DNA of 64,000 bases from Flavobacteriales bacterium (lineage in GTDB: Bacteria > Bacteroidota > Bacteroidia > Flavobacteriales_F > PHOS-HE28). Location: contig JADZAC010000012.1 in NCBI GenBank assembly GCA_020852835.1, positions 58,499 through 122,498 on the forward strand, in the 5' to 3' direction. The notes under the pieces are model-generated. The model saw only the letters and a list, made by a program, of their open reading frames with translations, was not told where the DNA came from and made no database searches. Of the stretch, positions 47,142 to 56,385 are shown one piece after another. Position 1 is the stretch's first letter, and every line of letters begins with the position of its first letter. The translations under genes and the position numbers were made by a program.

Positions 47142-47163
47142 TGCCGGTTGTAGCGCGGATACA

Positions 47164-47565
47164 TCACGGTCCTAAGCTCACGTGCCTGAGGAAGCGCCAG
47201 CTTGTACCCCCGGTGGCCAGCAGGAATTCGTCGCCGGTGGTCCAGTGCAGCACGGCCGTATCGCTGGCCACGATCAGCAAGGAATCGTGCAGTTTGTACT
47301 TCCAGTGGTGCTCCTGCAGTCCCTCCGGGCCGAAGATGGCGTATTCCGATCCGGTGAACCGGTGCTGGTGGCCGGTGCTGCCGTCGGCATAGATCACGGA
47401 TAAGCCGGCCGGGACCGCCCCGAGCTCGCTTGTGGAGACGTCCGGGCCTACCGGGGCACATTGCCAAACGCCTTCCAGCCCGGTGCTCTTTTGGAGCTGC
47501 GGCCCGTGTTGGCAGGCCGACAAGAGGGCCAGCGCAACAAGGGTTGGCAGGCGGGGGCGGCGCAT
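47164..47565 (-). CDS. hypothetical lipoprotein (133 aa)
   Basis: MRRPRLPTLVALALLSAC is a signal peptide with lipobox. Small beta-rich domain. Confidence 0.5.
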   Translation of the reverse strand: MRRPRLPTLVALALLSACQHGPQLQKSTGLEGVWQCAPVGPDVSTSELGAVPAGLSVIYADGSTGHQHRFTGSEYAIFGPEGLQEHHWKYKLHDSLLIVASDTAVLHWTTGDEFLLATGGTSWRFLRHVSLGP

Positions 47566-47634
47566 GGTTTTGTCCGGGATCGAATGCCAGTGCCTTGCGG
47601 CTCCCTTGCGCGGGCTGTTGGCGGCCCTTGCGAA

Positions 47635-48063
47635 CTAGTTGAGCAGGGCCAGGTACTTGTCTTCGATGCCTCGCATGGCCGTGCGCTTGGCGGCACTCTT
47701 GTCGCTATGGCCCAACAGGTGCAACAGGCCGTGCACCATTACCCGGTGCAGTTCTTCCCGGGCGCTGACGCCAAATGTGGCGGCATTGTCGCGGATGCGG
47801 TCATAGCTCATCAGGATATCCCCGGAGATCCCGTTGCCCGTCTGCAGGTCGAAGGTGATCACATCCGTGTACTCGTCGTGGCCGAGGTAACGCTGGTTGT
47901 AGGGCAGCAGGCCTTTGTCGCTCAGGAGCACAAAAGTGAGTTCACCTACCGAGTGGCCATGATCGGAAGCCACTGCCCGCAACCATTTGCGCAGTTTATC
48001 ACGTTCGCGGAACGCATTGGGTACATCAAAGGCCTTGAACGCGATGATGCCGCCCGGTGCCAT
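47635..48063 (-). CDS. ybeY: rRNA maturation endoribonuclease YbeY
   Basis: HRVMVHGLLHLLGHSD is the metal-binding H3xH5xH motif. Confidence 0.9.
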   Translation of the reverse strand: MAPGGIIAFKAFDVPNAFRERDKLRKWLRAVASDHGHSVGELTFVLLSDKGLLPYNQRYLGHDEYTDVITFDLQTGNGISGDILMSYDRIRDNAATFGVSAREELHRVMVHGLLHLLGHSDKSAAKRTAMRGIEDKYLALLN

Positions 48064-48066
48064 GCG

Positions 48067-48504
48067 TTATTCGTTGACGGGCTTGAGGCTGAAGGTGAGG
48101 GTTACCGAGGCCCCGTTGTCGCTGAAGGCCACGGAATCCGAGAGGGCGCGCATGAGGAAAACGCCTCGGCCGTGGGGCTTTTCAATGTTCTGCGGGTCGG
48201 TGGGGTCGGGCAGGTGGTCGAAATCGAAACCAGGGCCTTCATCGCTTACCCGGAAGGACACCTTGTCGCCCTGGACGGTATAACCGAATTCGACCTTTTT
48301 CCCGGGATCCAGGGCATTGCCGTGATGGATGGCATTGTTGACGGCCTCGGTGAGGGCGATCAAGATGTTGCCATAAAGGGATTCGGGCACGTTGTGTTTG
48401 GTGCAGACCTCGTCGATGAGCTTTTCGGCCACTGCGATGTTCTCCGCCTGGGCGGGAAATTCAATGCGCTGGATGAAGTTGATGTTCTCGGTAAGGGATC
48501 CCAT
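48067..48504 (-). CDS. orphan HATPase-fold anti-sigma regulatory factor-like protein (RsbW/SpoIIAB superfamily)
   Basis: NILIALTEAVNNAIHHGN (N-box), DEGPGFD (G1) and GRGVFLMRAL (G2) in a 145-aa protein. No STAS partner adjacent. Confidence 0.65.
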   Translation of the reverse strand: MGSLTENINFIQRIEFPAQAENIAVAEKLIDEVCTKHNVPESLYGNILIALTEAVNNAIHHGNALDPGKKVEFGYTVQGDKVSFRVSDEGPGFDFDHLPDPTDPQNIEKPHGRGVFLMRALSDSVAFSDNGASVTLTFSLKPVNE

Positions 48505-48513
48505 GTTCAGTGG

Positions 48514-51500
48514 TCAGGGTCGGTCAAAAGTATCGAAATACTGATCCACCCGGGTTTTGTAGTAGGGTTTAAGGCCCGGCGGTACGGTGCGCAGCAATTC
48601 AGCCTCGCGCATTTTATCGCGCTGGTAGTTGAAGAAGCGGGCCGGATCGGGGTGGTCGCGGTCCTGGCCGGAAGTGCTTTCCCGCTTGGGGTCCAGTTCG
48701 CGTTCGCGCTCGGCCTTTTCAGCCTCCAGGAGGCGGGTCATGATGTCCTGCTGCCTGCGGACGGATTCCTGCGTGAGGTTCCTGTTCACGATGTCTTTTT
48801 CGTTCTGCTCCATTTGGTCGGCCAATTTTTGCAGACCGTTCCCGGCGCCCGACCCGTCTTTGTTGAGTTCCTGGGCGATGCGTTGCATCTCCTGGCGCAG
48901 GGCGGCTTGCTGTGCGGCCAGTTGGGCCAGTTGCCGGCTCATGCCCGGGCCGGTGCCGCCCGGGTTCTTGTCGCCGGGCTTTTCACCCGGTTTCTTGCCC
49001 TTTTCCAGGGCTTTGCGCATTTCTTCCAACTGTTTGGAAAGCGCCTCCTGCTGGCTGCGGACCTGCTGCATTTTTTTGCTTTGCCCGGGGTTGTTGCCCG
49101 CTCCGCCGGGCTTGTTGCAGCTGCCTTTGCCGGGCATTCCGCTGGCCTGTTGCTGCATTTGCTGCAAGGCTTCGTCCAGCATCAGGGCCAAGTTGTTCAG
49201 GGAGGTCATGGCCCGCTGCTGCTTATCGGCGGCATGTGGCCGTTCGCTGGCATTGGCCCTGGCCTCGGCCAGGTGCGCCAAGGCCTGGTCCATGTTTTCG
49301 TTCACCAGGTTCATTTCCCGGTTCACCAGGGCCTGCAGCTGGGGTACCCGCTTGCTGAGGGCGAACAGGGAGTCTTCCACGATGCGGGCGTCATCGCGCA
49401 GCTTCTTCTGCTGCCGCCCGATGTCCACCAAGCGCGGGTCGCGCACAGCAGTGGCCTCCAAGGTGTTCATGTTGGCTTCCTGGTCGAAGCTCAACTGCAG
49501 GATGTTCTCCAGCAATTGGCGCAGGGCATCCATGTCCTCCTCGCTTTGCTCCTGTTGGCCCTGCTGCATGCTGTTGCGCATGTCCATGGCCAGCTGCTGC
49601 ATCTGTTCGCCGGCTTGTTGCTGGCTGTCGCTGGCTTTCTTGTTCTGTTTCTTCTCCAGCTGCTCGCTGCTTTGCTGTTGCTGCTCGCTGATCTGCTGCT
49701 CCTGCTCCCCGGTCTTGGGCAGGTCCAAGGGGCGTTCGAGCGCCGCGTTCTTCTTGGCGAGTGAATCCAGCTGGTTGCGCACCTCCTTGAATTCCTTGTT
49801 CAGCTCGTCCTGTTTTTGCTTCAAGGCATCCTGCGGGCCGTGGCCTTGCTTGGTTTCTTCGCTGAGCTGTTGCTGTTCACCGGCAAGCTTTTCCAGTTGG
49901 TCGGCAATGTCCTCGGCCTTCTGTTCCACCTCCATCTGCTTGAACTGCTCCAGAGCGCGGTCCAGCTCTTTTTCCATGTCCTCTTGGCTGAGCTTCATGT
50001 CCTGCATGTGTTCCTGCAGTTGCTCCTTGTTGATCTTTTCCAGCATTTCCTGCACTTGCCGGTAAAGCTCCTTCATCTGTTCGCTCAGCACGTTCTCGAA
50101 GAGCTCCTGTACCTGTTGCTGCTTGAGCAGGATCCGCTCGTCCGTTTGCTTGTAGCCCTGTTGTTCCTGCTGTGCCTGCTTCAACTGCTCGGTGGCATTT
50201 TCCACCTGTTTCTGCAGCTGTTGCTGGCGGTCCAGGATGTCCTGCACCTTCTGCTTGTCCTGCCAGTTGATGTCCTTCTTGTCCTGCAGGCCGCGCCGCA
50301 TCTTCTCCAGGTCGCGTTGCAGTTCCTGCGCCTGCCGGATGCTTTCGCGGAGCTCATCCTTGATGGCTTCTCCTTGGCGGTCTTGCTTTGCAGCGAGCTC
50401 TTTCAGGGTGGGCGCCTCGAAGGCGCGTACTGCGCTGCGGGTGCTCTTGCTGCCGTTCACGCCGTCGTTGTCCCATACCTCAAACCAGTATTCCAACCGG
50501 TCCCCGGGCAAGAGGCGCAATTCGCCGAGGTCTTCGAAGTGGAAGAAGCCTTGGCGGGTGGTGCCGGGCTGGATGCTGAGGTCGCGGATGCGTTCGCGCA
50601 GGTCTGCGGGCACGCTGTCGCCGCCACTGGTGAACCGGTACCGGAAGGCCAGCCGGTTGAAACCGTGATCGTCGCCGATGTCGCCCTTGAAGTAGAGGTG
50701 CCGCGGGGAAAGGCTGTCGGCTTTTTCTTCAACGGCAATGGTGGGGTAGAGGTCGGGCACCACCTCTACATGGTATTGCACCGGTGCTTCGGCGCGCAGT
50801 TCGCCCTTGGAAGGCACCAAGGAATAGGTGGCGCCCCGCAGAAATCGGCGGCTGGCCGAGAAGCGCTGTGCGCCGGGCTGTACGGGCCGCAAGTGGAAAG
50901 TGGTGTCTTCAAAGGCCAGGTCCAAGCGGTCGGTGCTGCGTGTTTCGGCGGTCCAGGTGATGCGTGTGCCGGCGGGCACGGTGATGTCGCCGGTGTTGTT
51001 GGTCACGGTGTTCTTCAGGCCCAGGTAAGGTGGATAGGCCATGGCCACGGTGAGCCCGAGCAGTGCGGGGTTGGCCTCGGTGGCCAAATGGAGCGGACCG
51101 CTGTGGAACCCGTCGGCGCCCAAGCGGAAATCCACGGGCAGCTGCACATTGCGGAAGCGGTGGATGAAGCGGGAGGCATCTTGGCGCACCAAGGGGATGC
51201 GCTGGCCGTCGGATTCAAGGAATACTTGTTGGGGCAGTTCGGTGCCCTGCAGCTCCACCAGCAGCTCGAAGTCCTCGTTCTCGGGTACGATGAGCTGTTT
51301 ATTGAGCACCACGAAGCGGAACGGGGCTTCCGGGAGGAATTCGGTGCCATGGGCCAGCAACCGTTTGGTGGGTGCGGTAATGGTGCTCGGCGCGGCGAAA
51401 AGCAAAAGCAGCAATACCCCCACCGGCGGCAACGCGTAGCGCAGGTAGCGGCGGTTGTTCCGCAGGTCGATGGCCTGGGCGAACGGGATGGGCGAGAGTT

Positions 51501-51915
51501 CCCGGCTGCGTTGGGCAATGCTGGCCTCGATCAGCGCCCGTTGCGCGGGATCCTCCGAGGCCTGGCCGCGCAGCTGCAAGGTGTTGAGCAGTTTGTCCTT
51601 CACCTGGGCAAAGTGGTTGCCCACGATCGCTGCGGCCTGCTCATGGCTGATCACCCGGCCCATGCGGAAGAGCTTCACCAATGGGAGTGCGATCAAGCGC
51701 ACCAGCACCACGGCACTGGCCAAGGCCAAGGCCCAGAACATGGCGGTGCGCACGCCGGTGCCGAACCGGCCGAAGTATTCGCCCAGCGAGGCCGCCAGAA
51801 AGAAGAGGACCACCAACCCGGTGCTGTACAGGGCGCCGCGGAGCAGGCGGTCCTTGTAGTACTTGCGGATGAAGCCATCCAGCTTGTCGATCAGCAGGTC
51901 GTAGTCCGAGGCCAT
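48514..51915 (-). CDS. DUF4175-like giant envelope protein: two N-terminal TM helices, beta-rich region, very long Gln/Glu/Lys-rich coiled coil, conserved C-terminus
   Basis: 1133 aa. N-terminal TMs (GLVVLFFLAASLGEYF; AMFWALALASAVVLV). Residues ~560-1050 are low-complexity Q/E/K coiled coil. C-terminal LKPYYKTRVDQYF. The family call is from memory of this architecture. Confidence 0.6.
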   Translation of the reverse strand: MASDYDLLIDKLDGFIRKYYKDRLLRGALYSTGLVVLFFLAASLGEYFGRFGTGVRTAMFWALALASAVVLVRLIALPLVKLFRMGRVISHEQAAAIVGNHFAQVKDKLLNTLQLRGQASEDPAQRALIEASIAQRSRELSPIPFAQAIDLRNNRRYLRYALPPVGVLLLLLFAAPSTITAPTKRLLAHGTEFLPEAPFRFVVLNKQLIVPENEDFELLVELQGTELPQQVFLESDGQRIPLVRQDASRFIHRFRNVQLPVDFRLGADGFHSGPLHLATEANPALLGLTVAMAYPPYLGLKNTVTNNTGDITVPAGTRITWTAETRSTDRLDLAFEDTTFHLRPVQPGAQRFSASRRFLRGATYSLVPSKGELRAEAPVQYHVEVVPDLYPTIAVEEKADSLSPRHLYFKGDIGDDHGFNRLAFRYRFTSGGDSVPADLRERIRDLSIQPGTTRQGFFHFEDLGELRLLPGDRLEYWFEVWDNDGVNGSKSTRSAVRAFEAPTLKELAAKQDRQGEAIKDELRESIRQAQELQRDLEKMRRGLQDKKDINWQDKQKVQDILDRQQQLQKQVENATEQLKQAQQEQQGYKQTDERILLKQQQVQELFENVLSEQMKELYRQVQEMLEKINKEQLQEHMQDMKLSQEDMEKELDRALEQFKQMEVEQKAEDIADQLEKLAGEQQQLSEETKQGHGPQDALKQKQDELNKEFKEVRNQLDSLAKKNAALERPLDLPKTGEQEQQISEQQQQSSEQLEKKQNKKASDSQQQAGEQMQQLAMDMRNSMQQGQQEQSEEDMDALRQLLENILQLSFDQEANMNTLEATAVRDPRLVDIGRQQKKLRDDARIVEDSLFALSKRVPQLQALVNREMNLVNENMDQALAHLAEARANASERPHAADKQQRAMTSLNNLALMLDEALQQMQQQASGMPGKGSCNKPGGAGNNPGQSKKMQQVRSQQEALSKQLEEMRKALEKGKKPGEKPGDKNPGGTGPGMSRQLAQLAAQQAALRQEMQRIAQELNKDGSGAGNGLQKLADQMEQNEKDIVNRNLTQESVRRQQDIMTRLLEAEKAERERELDPKRESTSGQDRDHPDPARFFNYQRDKMREAELLRTVPPGLKPYYKTRVDQYFDTFDRP

Positions 51916-52084
51916 GGAGCATCCGGGTGCGCATGGTTGAACGTTGGCGGCCCCGGGGGAATTGTCCGAAAGTTACTTCAACGCTGCATACGCCATGCCG
52001 GATACGCGGTGGCGGCGCCCGGAACGCACGATGGCCGGGCCCTCCATTTGCCGGGACCGGCGGGCCGTGGCCACATTTGCACCC

Positions 52085-54358
52085 ATGGCTTCGGATCGAC
52101 CCCCCCGGCGGGCATGGGGCAAACGGCGCATGGTGCTGGTGGCGGGTGCCGTGGTACTGCTGCTGCTGGGCGGGGTGGCGTTCTTGCTGCCGTATCTGTT
52201 GAAGCGCTACATCGAACAGCACAGTGTGGCATGGATCGGCAGGCAGGTGCACATCGACCGGATCGTGCTCAACCCCTTTACCCTCACCTATGGCGTGGAA
52301 GGGGCTGAGTGCTTGGAGCCGGAAGGGAGCGAGGTGTTCGTGTCCTGGAGATCCATTTCGGTAAAGGCTGATCTGTGGAGCGGCTTCCGGGAGGGGCGAT
52401 GGCGTTTCAGGCAGCTCCGGATAACCGACCCTTACGTGCACGTCGTGCAAAAAGGCGACCGGTTCAATTTCAGCGACCTGTTGGCGCTGGGCGGCGAGGA
52501 CACGGCCGGCACCGGCGCCAGTGCGGTGCTGTTCAGCATGGAAGGCATCCAGCTCACCGGCGGCAGGGTGCGCTATGCCAGCGATATCCTCAAGGCCCCG
52601 ATCGGCATCTCGGGCCTGATGGCCAACTGCACCCGCATCACCTCGGAGAGTGCACGGATGGATTTCGACCTGCACTTTACCATCGATGGAGGCGGCGAAG
52701 CGGGTGGTCGGTTCATGATCGATACCGACCGCAGCCGGTATGCCGTGCATGCCGACATCCGGTCCTTCGCCTTGGCGCCGCTGTTGCCCTACCTCCAGGA
52801 TTTCCTCCACACCACCGCGCTGCGCGGCGATCTGGACCTGGCCCTGGACCTGGAAGACAGCTGGGCCGATACTGCGGCCTTTGCCGCCAAGGGCAGCTTG
52901 GTGCTCAACCAGCTGGCCATCACCGATGGTGCGGGCAACAGCCTGATCGGACTGCAGCAAGGCCGGCTGGTTCTGGATACGCTCAACGCCAGGGACCAGC
53001 TGTTCAAGCTGGGCCACCTGCGCATGGACGGATTCTCCACGCGCTACCAACAATGGGCGGACGGCAGCAACACGTGGAGCAAGGGACTGAAGCTGGACAC
53101 CACCACCACGGCCGAAGGTACCACCACCACGCTGGATGCCGAACCCGGCAACATCTTCCTGCTGTTGGCGGACTACATCCGCATGTTGGGCCAGGAGTTC
53201 GTGGCCAACCAATACTCGGCGGACAGCCTTTCCGTGGTGAACGCCAGCATCGCGTTCGAGGACTTCACCCCGGAGCAACCCGTCCGTTTCCGGTTGGACC
53301 AACTGGCCATCCGAAGCAGCCGCATCTCCACCGCCACCGGCACGGCGGACTTCACGCTATCCACCCGGCTCAACGAAAGAGGCAGCCTCAACAGCACCTT
53401 CCGCTTCGACCCGAAGGACTTCCACAACGTGGTGGCCGATGCCACGGTGAAGGACCTGTACCTGCCCCACTTGGATGGCTACAGCCGCTGGTACGCCGCG
53501 CATCCGTTAACATCAGGCATCCTCAGGTACACGGGCACCACCAGCATCCAGCAGGGGCGGATCGACAGCCGGAACCACCTGTCGGTGGACAACCTGCGCT
53601 TCGGCAAGCAGACCGCCGTGCACGACAGCGGCATCTACGTGCTGCCCCTGCGCCTGGGAACCGCACTGCTGCGCGACGTGCATGGGATGATCGACCTGGA
53701 CATCCCCGTGAAGGGCGATCTGAACGACCCTGAGTTCAAGCCGTGGCCCATTGTGTGGCAAGTGCTGAAGAATCTGGTGGTGAAAGCAGCGGCCGCACCG
53801 GTGCGGCTGGTTGGTGGCATGCTCGGTGGCAACGGGGAGGGCGGCGCGCAGGAGGTCCGGTTTCCCAGCCTTGCCACCGCGCTGGACAAGGACCAGCGCC
53901 GGGCCTTGGATGCACTGGCCGCGCTGCTGAAGGAGAAGGCCGAGCTGCGCGTAGCCATGGTCCCACTTGTGGACCTGCAGCAGGAAACGGAGAACTGGGC
54001 GGCCCGGGAGATGAAACAGGCCTACCTGGGCCTGCAAACCCCGTTGACCACCACGGACAGCCTGCGCGTGGAGGAACTCAGCTTGCGCGACAGCAGCTTC
54101 ACCGCCTTCCTGGATGCCAAGGTGCCGAGCACCGGTGGCGCTTCCGAACGTGAACGATGCCTCCTGGCCGTAGGCGCGGAAGCGGCCCGCCAGGCCGTGG
54201 GTGCGTTGGAGGAGCATCGGCAACAAGCTGTGCGCGCGTACTTGGTACGGGCCGGGGTGCCCGAGGACCGGATGACCTTCCGGCCCGGAACGGTGGAGGA
54301 GCTTGCCGGCCATGCCGGAGCGCCCGGGTTCCGGTTCGTGGTGGACGTGGCGGGGTAG
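52085..54358 (+). CDS. DUF748/AsmA-like large envelope protein
   Basis: N-terminal TM (MVLVAGAVVLLLLGGVAFLL), then a long repetitive beta-rich region typical of the AsmA/DUF748 family. Divergent from the DUF4175 gene. Start chosen at the Met preceding the TM. Confidence 0.6.
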   Translation: MASDRPPRRAWGKRRMVLVAGAVVLLLLGGVAFLLPYLLKRYIEQHSVAWIGRQVHIDRIVLNPFTLTYGVEGAECLEPEGSEVFVSWRSISVKADLWSGFREGRWRFRQLRITDPYVHVVQKGDRFNFSDLLALGGEDTAGTGASAVLFSMEGIQLTGGRVRYASDILKAPIGISGLMANCTRITSESARMDFDLHFTIDGGGEAGGRFMIDTDRSRYAVHADIRSFALAPLLPYLQDFLHTTALRGDLDLALDLEDSWADTAAFAAKGSLVLNQLAITDGAGNSLIGLQQGRLVLDTLNARDQLFKLGHLRMDGFSTRYQQWADGSNTWSKGLKLDTTTTAEGTTTTLDAEPGNIFLLLADYIRMLGQEFVANQYSADSLSVVNASIAFEDFTPEQPVRFRLDQLAIRSSRISTATGTADFTLSTRLNERGSLNSTFRFDPKDFHNVVADATVKDLYLPHLDGYSRWYAAHPLTSGILRYTGTTSIQQGRIDSRNHLSVDNLRFGKQTAVHDSGIYVLPLRLGTALLRDVHGMIDLDIPVKGDLNDPEFKPWPIVWQVLKNLVVKAAAAPVRLVGGMLGGNGEGGAQEVRFPSLATALDKDQRRALDALAALLKEKAELRVAMVPLVDLQQETENWAAREMKQAYLGLQTPLTTTDSLRVEELSLRDSSFTAFLDAKVPSTGGASERERCLLAVGAEAARQAVGALEEHRQQAVRAYLVRAGVPEDRMTFRPGTVEELAGHAGAPGFRFVVDVAG

Positions 54359-54408
54359 TGCACAGGCACGCTCCGGCACACGTCGTCATCCCGATCGGTC
54401 GGCGGGGG

Positions 54409-55899
54409 TCATCGCTGGCGATCGGCCACCATGGCGGAGCGCTCCAGTCTCCAGGCCGTAGCCAGGAAACCCAGCAACGCCACCGCACGTATGGCATACT
54501 TCAGCGCGCCTTCCAGGAGCAATTGCTCGCAACCCCACCACAGGAACACGCCTGCGGCCATGTAGCCCAGCACGCGTTGCACGTTGTAGGGCACCGGGTA
54601 GTGCTTCTGGCCCCACAGGTAGCTGATCGCGGCCATGGCCGCATAGCAGATGAAGGTGGCCCAAGCCGCGCCCAGGTAGCCGAACAAGGGGATCCACCAG
54701 CACAGCAGCACCAGGGTGATCACCGCGCCGATGATGGAAATGGTGCTGCCCGCCCGCGTACGGTCGCTCAGCTTGTACCACACGCTCTGGTTGTAATAGA
54801 TGCCCAGGAACACGTTGGCCATCATCAAAATGGGCACCACCACCAGGCCGGGCCAGTAGGCCGGGTTGGGAATGAACCATTTGAACAGGTCCAGGAAGAG
54901 CATCACCAGCAGGAAGGCGCCCATGCACACGGCCACGAAGATGTTCATGATCCGCGCGAAGGTTTCCCGGCTGTCCCGCTCCTTGGCGTGGCTGAAGAAG
55001 AACGGTTCCGCAGCGAAGCGGAACGCTTGGATAAAGAGCGTGATGAGGATGGCCAACTTGTAGGATGCGCCGTAGATGCCGATCTGCGCATCGGCCACAT
55101 CGGCGGGCAGCAGATGCTTCATCAGCACGCGGTCGGCCGTTTCATTGGTCATGCCCGCCAGCCCGGCCACCAGCAACGGCAGGCCGAAGGCCAGCATGGG
55201 GCGCAGCAGCTTGGTGTCGAAGCCCGCAGGCCCGCCGAAGCGCGGCATGGGCCATTCGGGCAGCAACAGCAGGAACTTCACCCCGGTGCTGACCAAGTTG
55301 ATCAGGAACACGTAGCCCACTCCCAAGGCCGGGTCGTACACCGCATTGATCAGGGCATTGCCGCTGCCGGCATCGAAGCGCGGCTTGCAGTAGAGGAAGA
55401 TGAAGAGGTTGAGGGCCACGTTCACCACCACGCTCAGCACGTTGATCAGCGCGAACTTCCACGGGCGCTCCCGCAGCCGCAAACCGGCCATGGGCACGGC
55501 ACAGGCGGCTTCAATGCCGATGATGGCGATGAGCATGCGCACGGAGAACACATGCTCCGGATAGTCAATGCCGTTGGCGATGGCCTGTGCGAGCACCAGC
55601 CCCAGCACCATGAACAGCGCACTGGTGCCCGCCAGCAGCCAAGCGATGGTGGTGTACACCCGCCTGTTGTCCGTGTGCTTGTTCGCAAAGCGGAAGTAGG
55701 TGGTCTCCATTCCGTAGGTGAGCACCACGTTCAGGAAGGCGGTCCACGCGTAGAGCGAGGTGACCACCCCGAAGGCGGCCGGCGCGAACACGCCCCGGCT
55801 GGTGTACAAGGGCGTGAGCAGGTAGTTGAGGAAGCGCGCAACAATGCTGCTCAGCCCATAGATGGCCGTTTGGCCGGCGAGTTTGCGGAGGACGCTCAT
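54409..55899 (-). CDS. oligosaccharide flippase / polysaccharide biosynthesis protein (Wzx/MOP superfamily)
   Basis: 496 aa, about 14 predicted TM helices. N-terminal AGQTAIYGLSSIVARFLNYLLTPLYT is the characteristic start of this family. Confidence 0.8.
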   Translation of the reverse strand: MSVLRKLAGQTAIYGLSSIVARFLNYLLTPLYTSRGVFAPAAFGVVTSLYAWTAFLNVVLTYGMETTYFRFANKHTDNRRVYTTIAWLLAGTSALFMVLGLVLAQAIANGIDYPEHVFSVRMLIAIIGIEAACAVPMAGLRLRERPWKFALINVLSVVVNVALNLFIFLYCKPRFDAGSGNALINAVYDPALGVGYVFLINLVSTGVKFLLLLPEWPMPRFGGPAGFDTKLLRPMLAFGLPLLVAGLAGMTNETADRVLMKHLLPADVADAQIGIYGASYKLAILITLFIQAFRFAAEPFFFSHAKERDSRETFARIMNIFVAVCMGAFLLVMLFLDLFKWFIPNPAYWPGLVVVPILMMANVFLGIYYNQSVWYKLSDRTRAGSTISIIGAVITLVLLCWWIPLFGYLGAAWATFICYAAMAAISYLWGQKHYPVPYNVQRVLGYMAAGVFLWWGCEQLLLEGALKYAIRAVALLGFLATAWRLERSAMVADRQR

Positions 55900-56384
55900 C
55901 CCTTCAGTGGCCCGCCCTTTATTGTTCCTCCAACATCATGAATGCCGGCTTGACCAAGAACCTCTCTTATGTGTTGGACGGAATGGAGATTGCCATTTGA
56001 CAGCGTGATGCGCTTGCCGTTGTTCAGGTGCAGGATCAGGCCTTCAAAGGAAGACCTGCCTCCATGCCAGAAAGATCTTGGCTGCATTCCGCGCACTGCG
56101 CTGAAAGGTAACGAAGTAGCATGGCCAATGATCGTGGTCGTGGTGATGATCTGGTGGTCGGTGTCAACGGCGCACCTGACAGGCCACAGAAATAATCCAC
56201 GTAATGGGGGAATCAGTAGGAGAAGAAGGATGGTCAGGCTCAGGATCGCCACGATGATCCGATCTCCCATCGGCGCATGCTCGCCGACATGATGAAGCAA
56301 ATAGATCATCGTCACGGCCAAACCTATGCACGCGATACGGACTGTGATCGGGAAATAGTTGGGTCCGGCCGCTACAATGCCCAT
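55896..56384 (-). CDS. hypothetical membrane protein, possibly bacterial PH-domain (bPH_2-like)
   Basis: Two N-terminal TM helices, then a small beta-rich domain (GLILHLNNGKRITLSNGNLHSVQHIREVL). 4-nt overlap with the flippase gene. Confidence 0.4.
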   Translation of the reverse strand: MGIVAAGPNYFPITVRIACIGLAVTMIYLLHHVGEHAPMGDRIIVAILSLTILLLLLIPPLRGLFLWPVRCAVDTDHQIITTTTIIGHATSLPFSAVRGMQPRSFWHGGRSSFEGLILHLNNGKRITLSNGNLHSVQHIREVLGQAGIHDVGGTIKGGPLKG

Positions 56385-56385
56385 T

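Noticed and set aside
47461-52308. 767-aa and 830-aa + strand ORFs (47461-49764, 49816-52308)
   Set aside because: They are antisense to ybeY, the HATPase gene and the DUF4175 gene. The second has extreme Leu/Gln low-complexity mirroring the sense-strand coiled coil.
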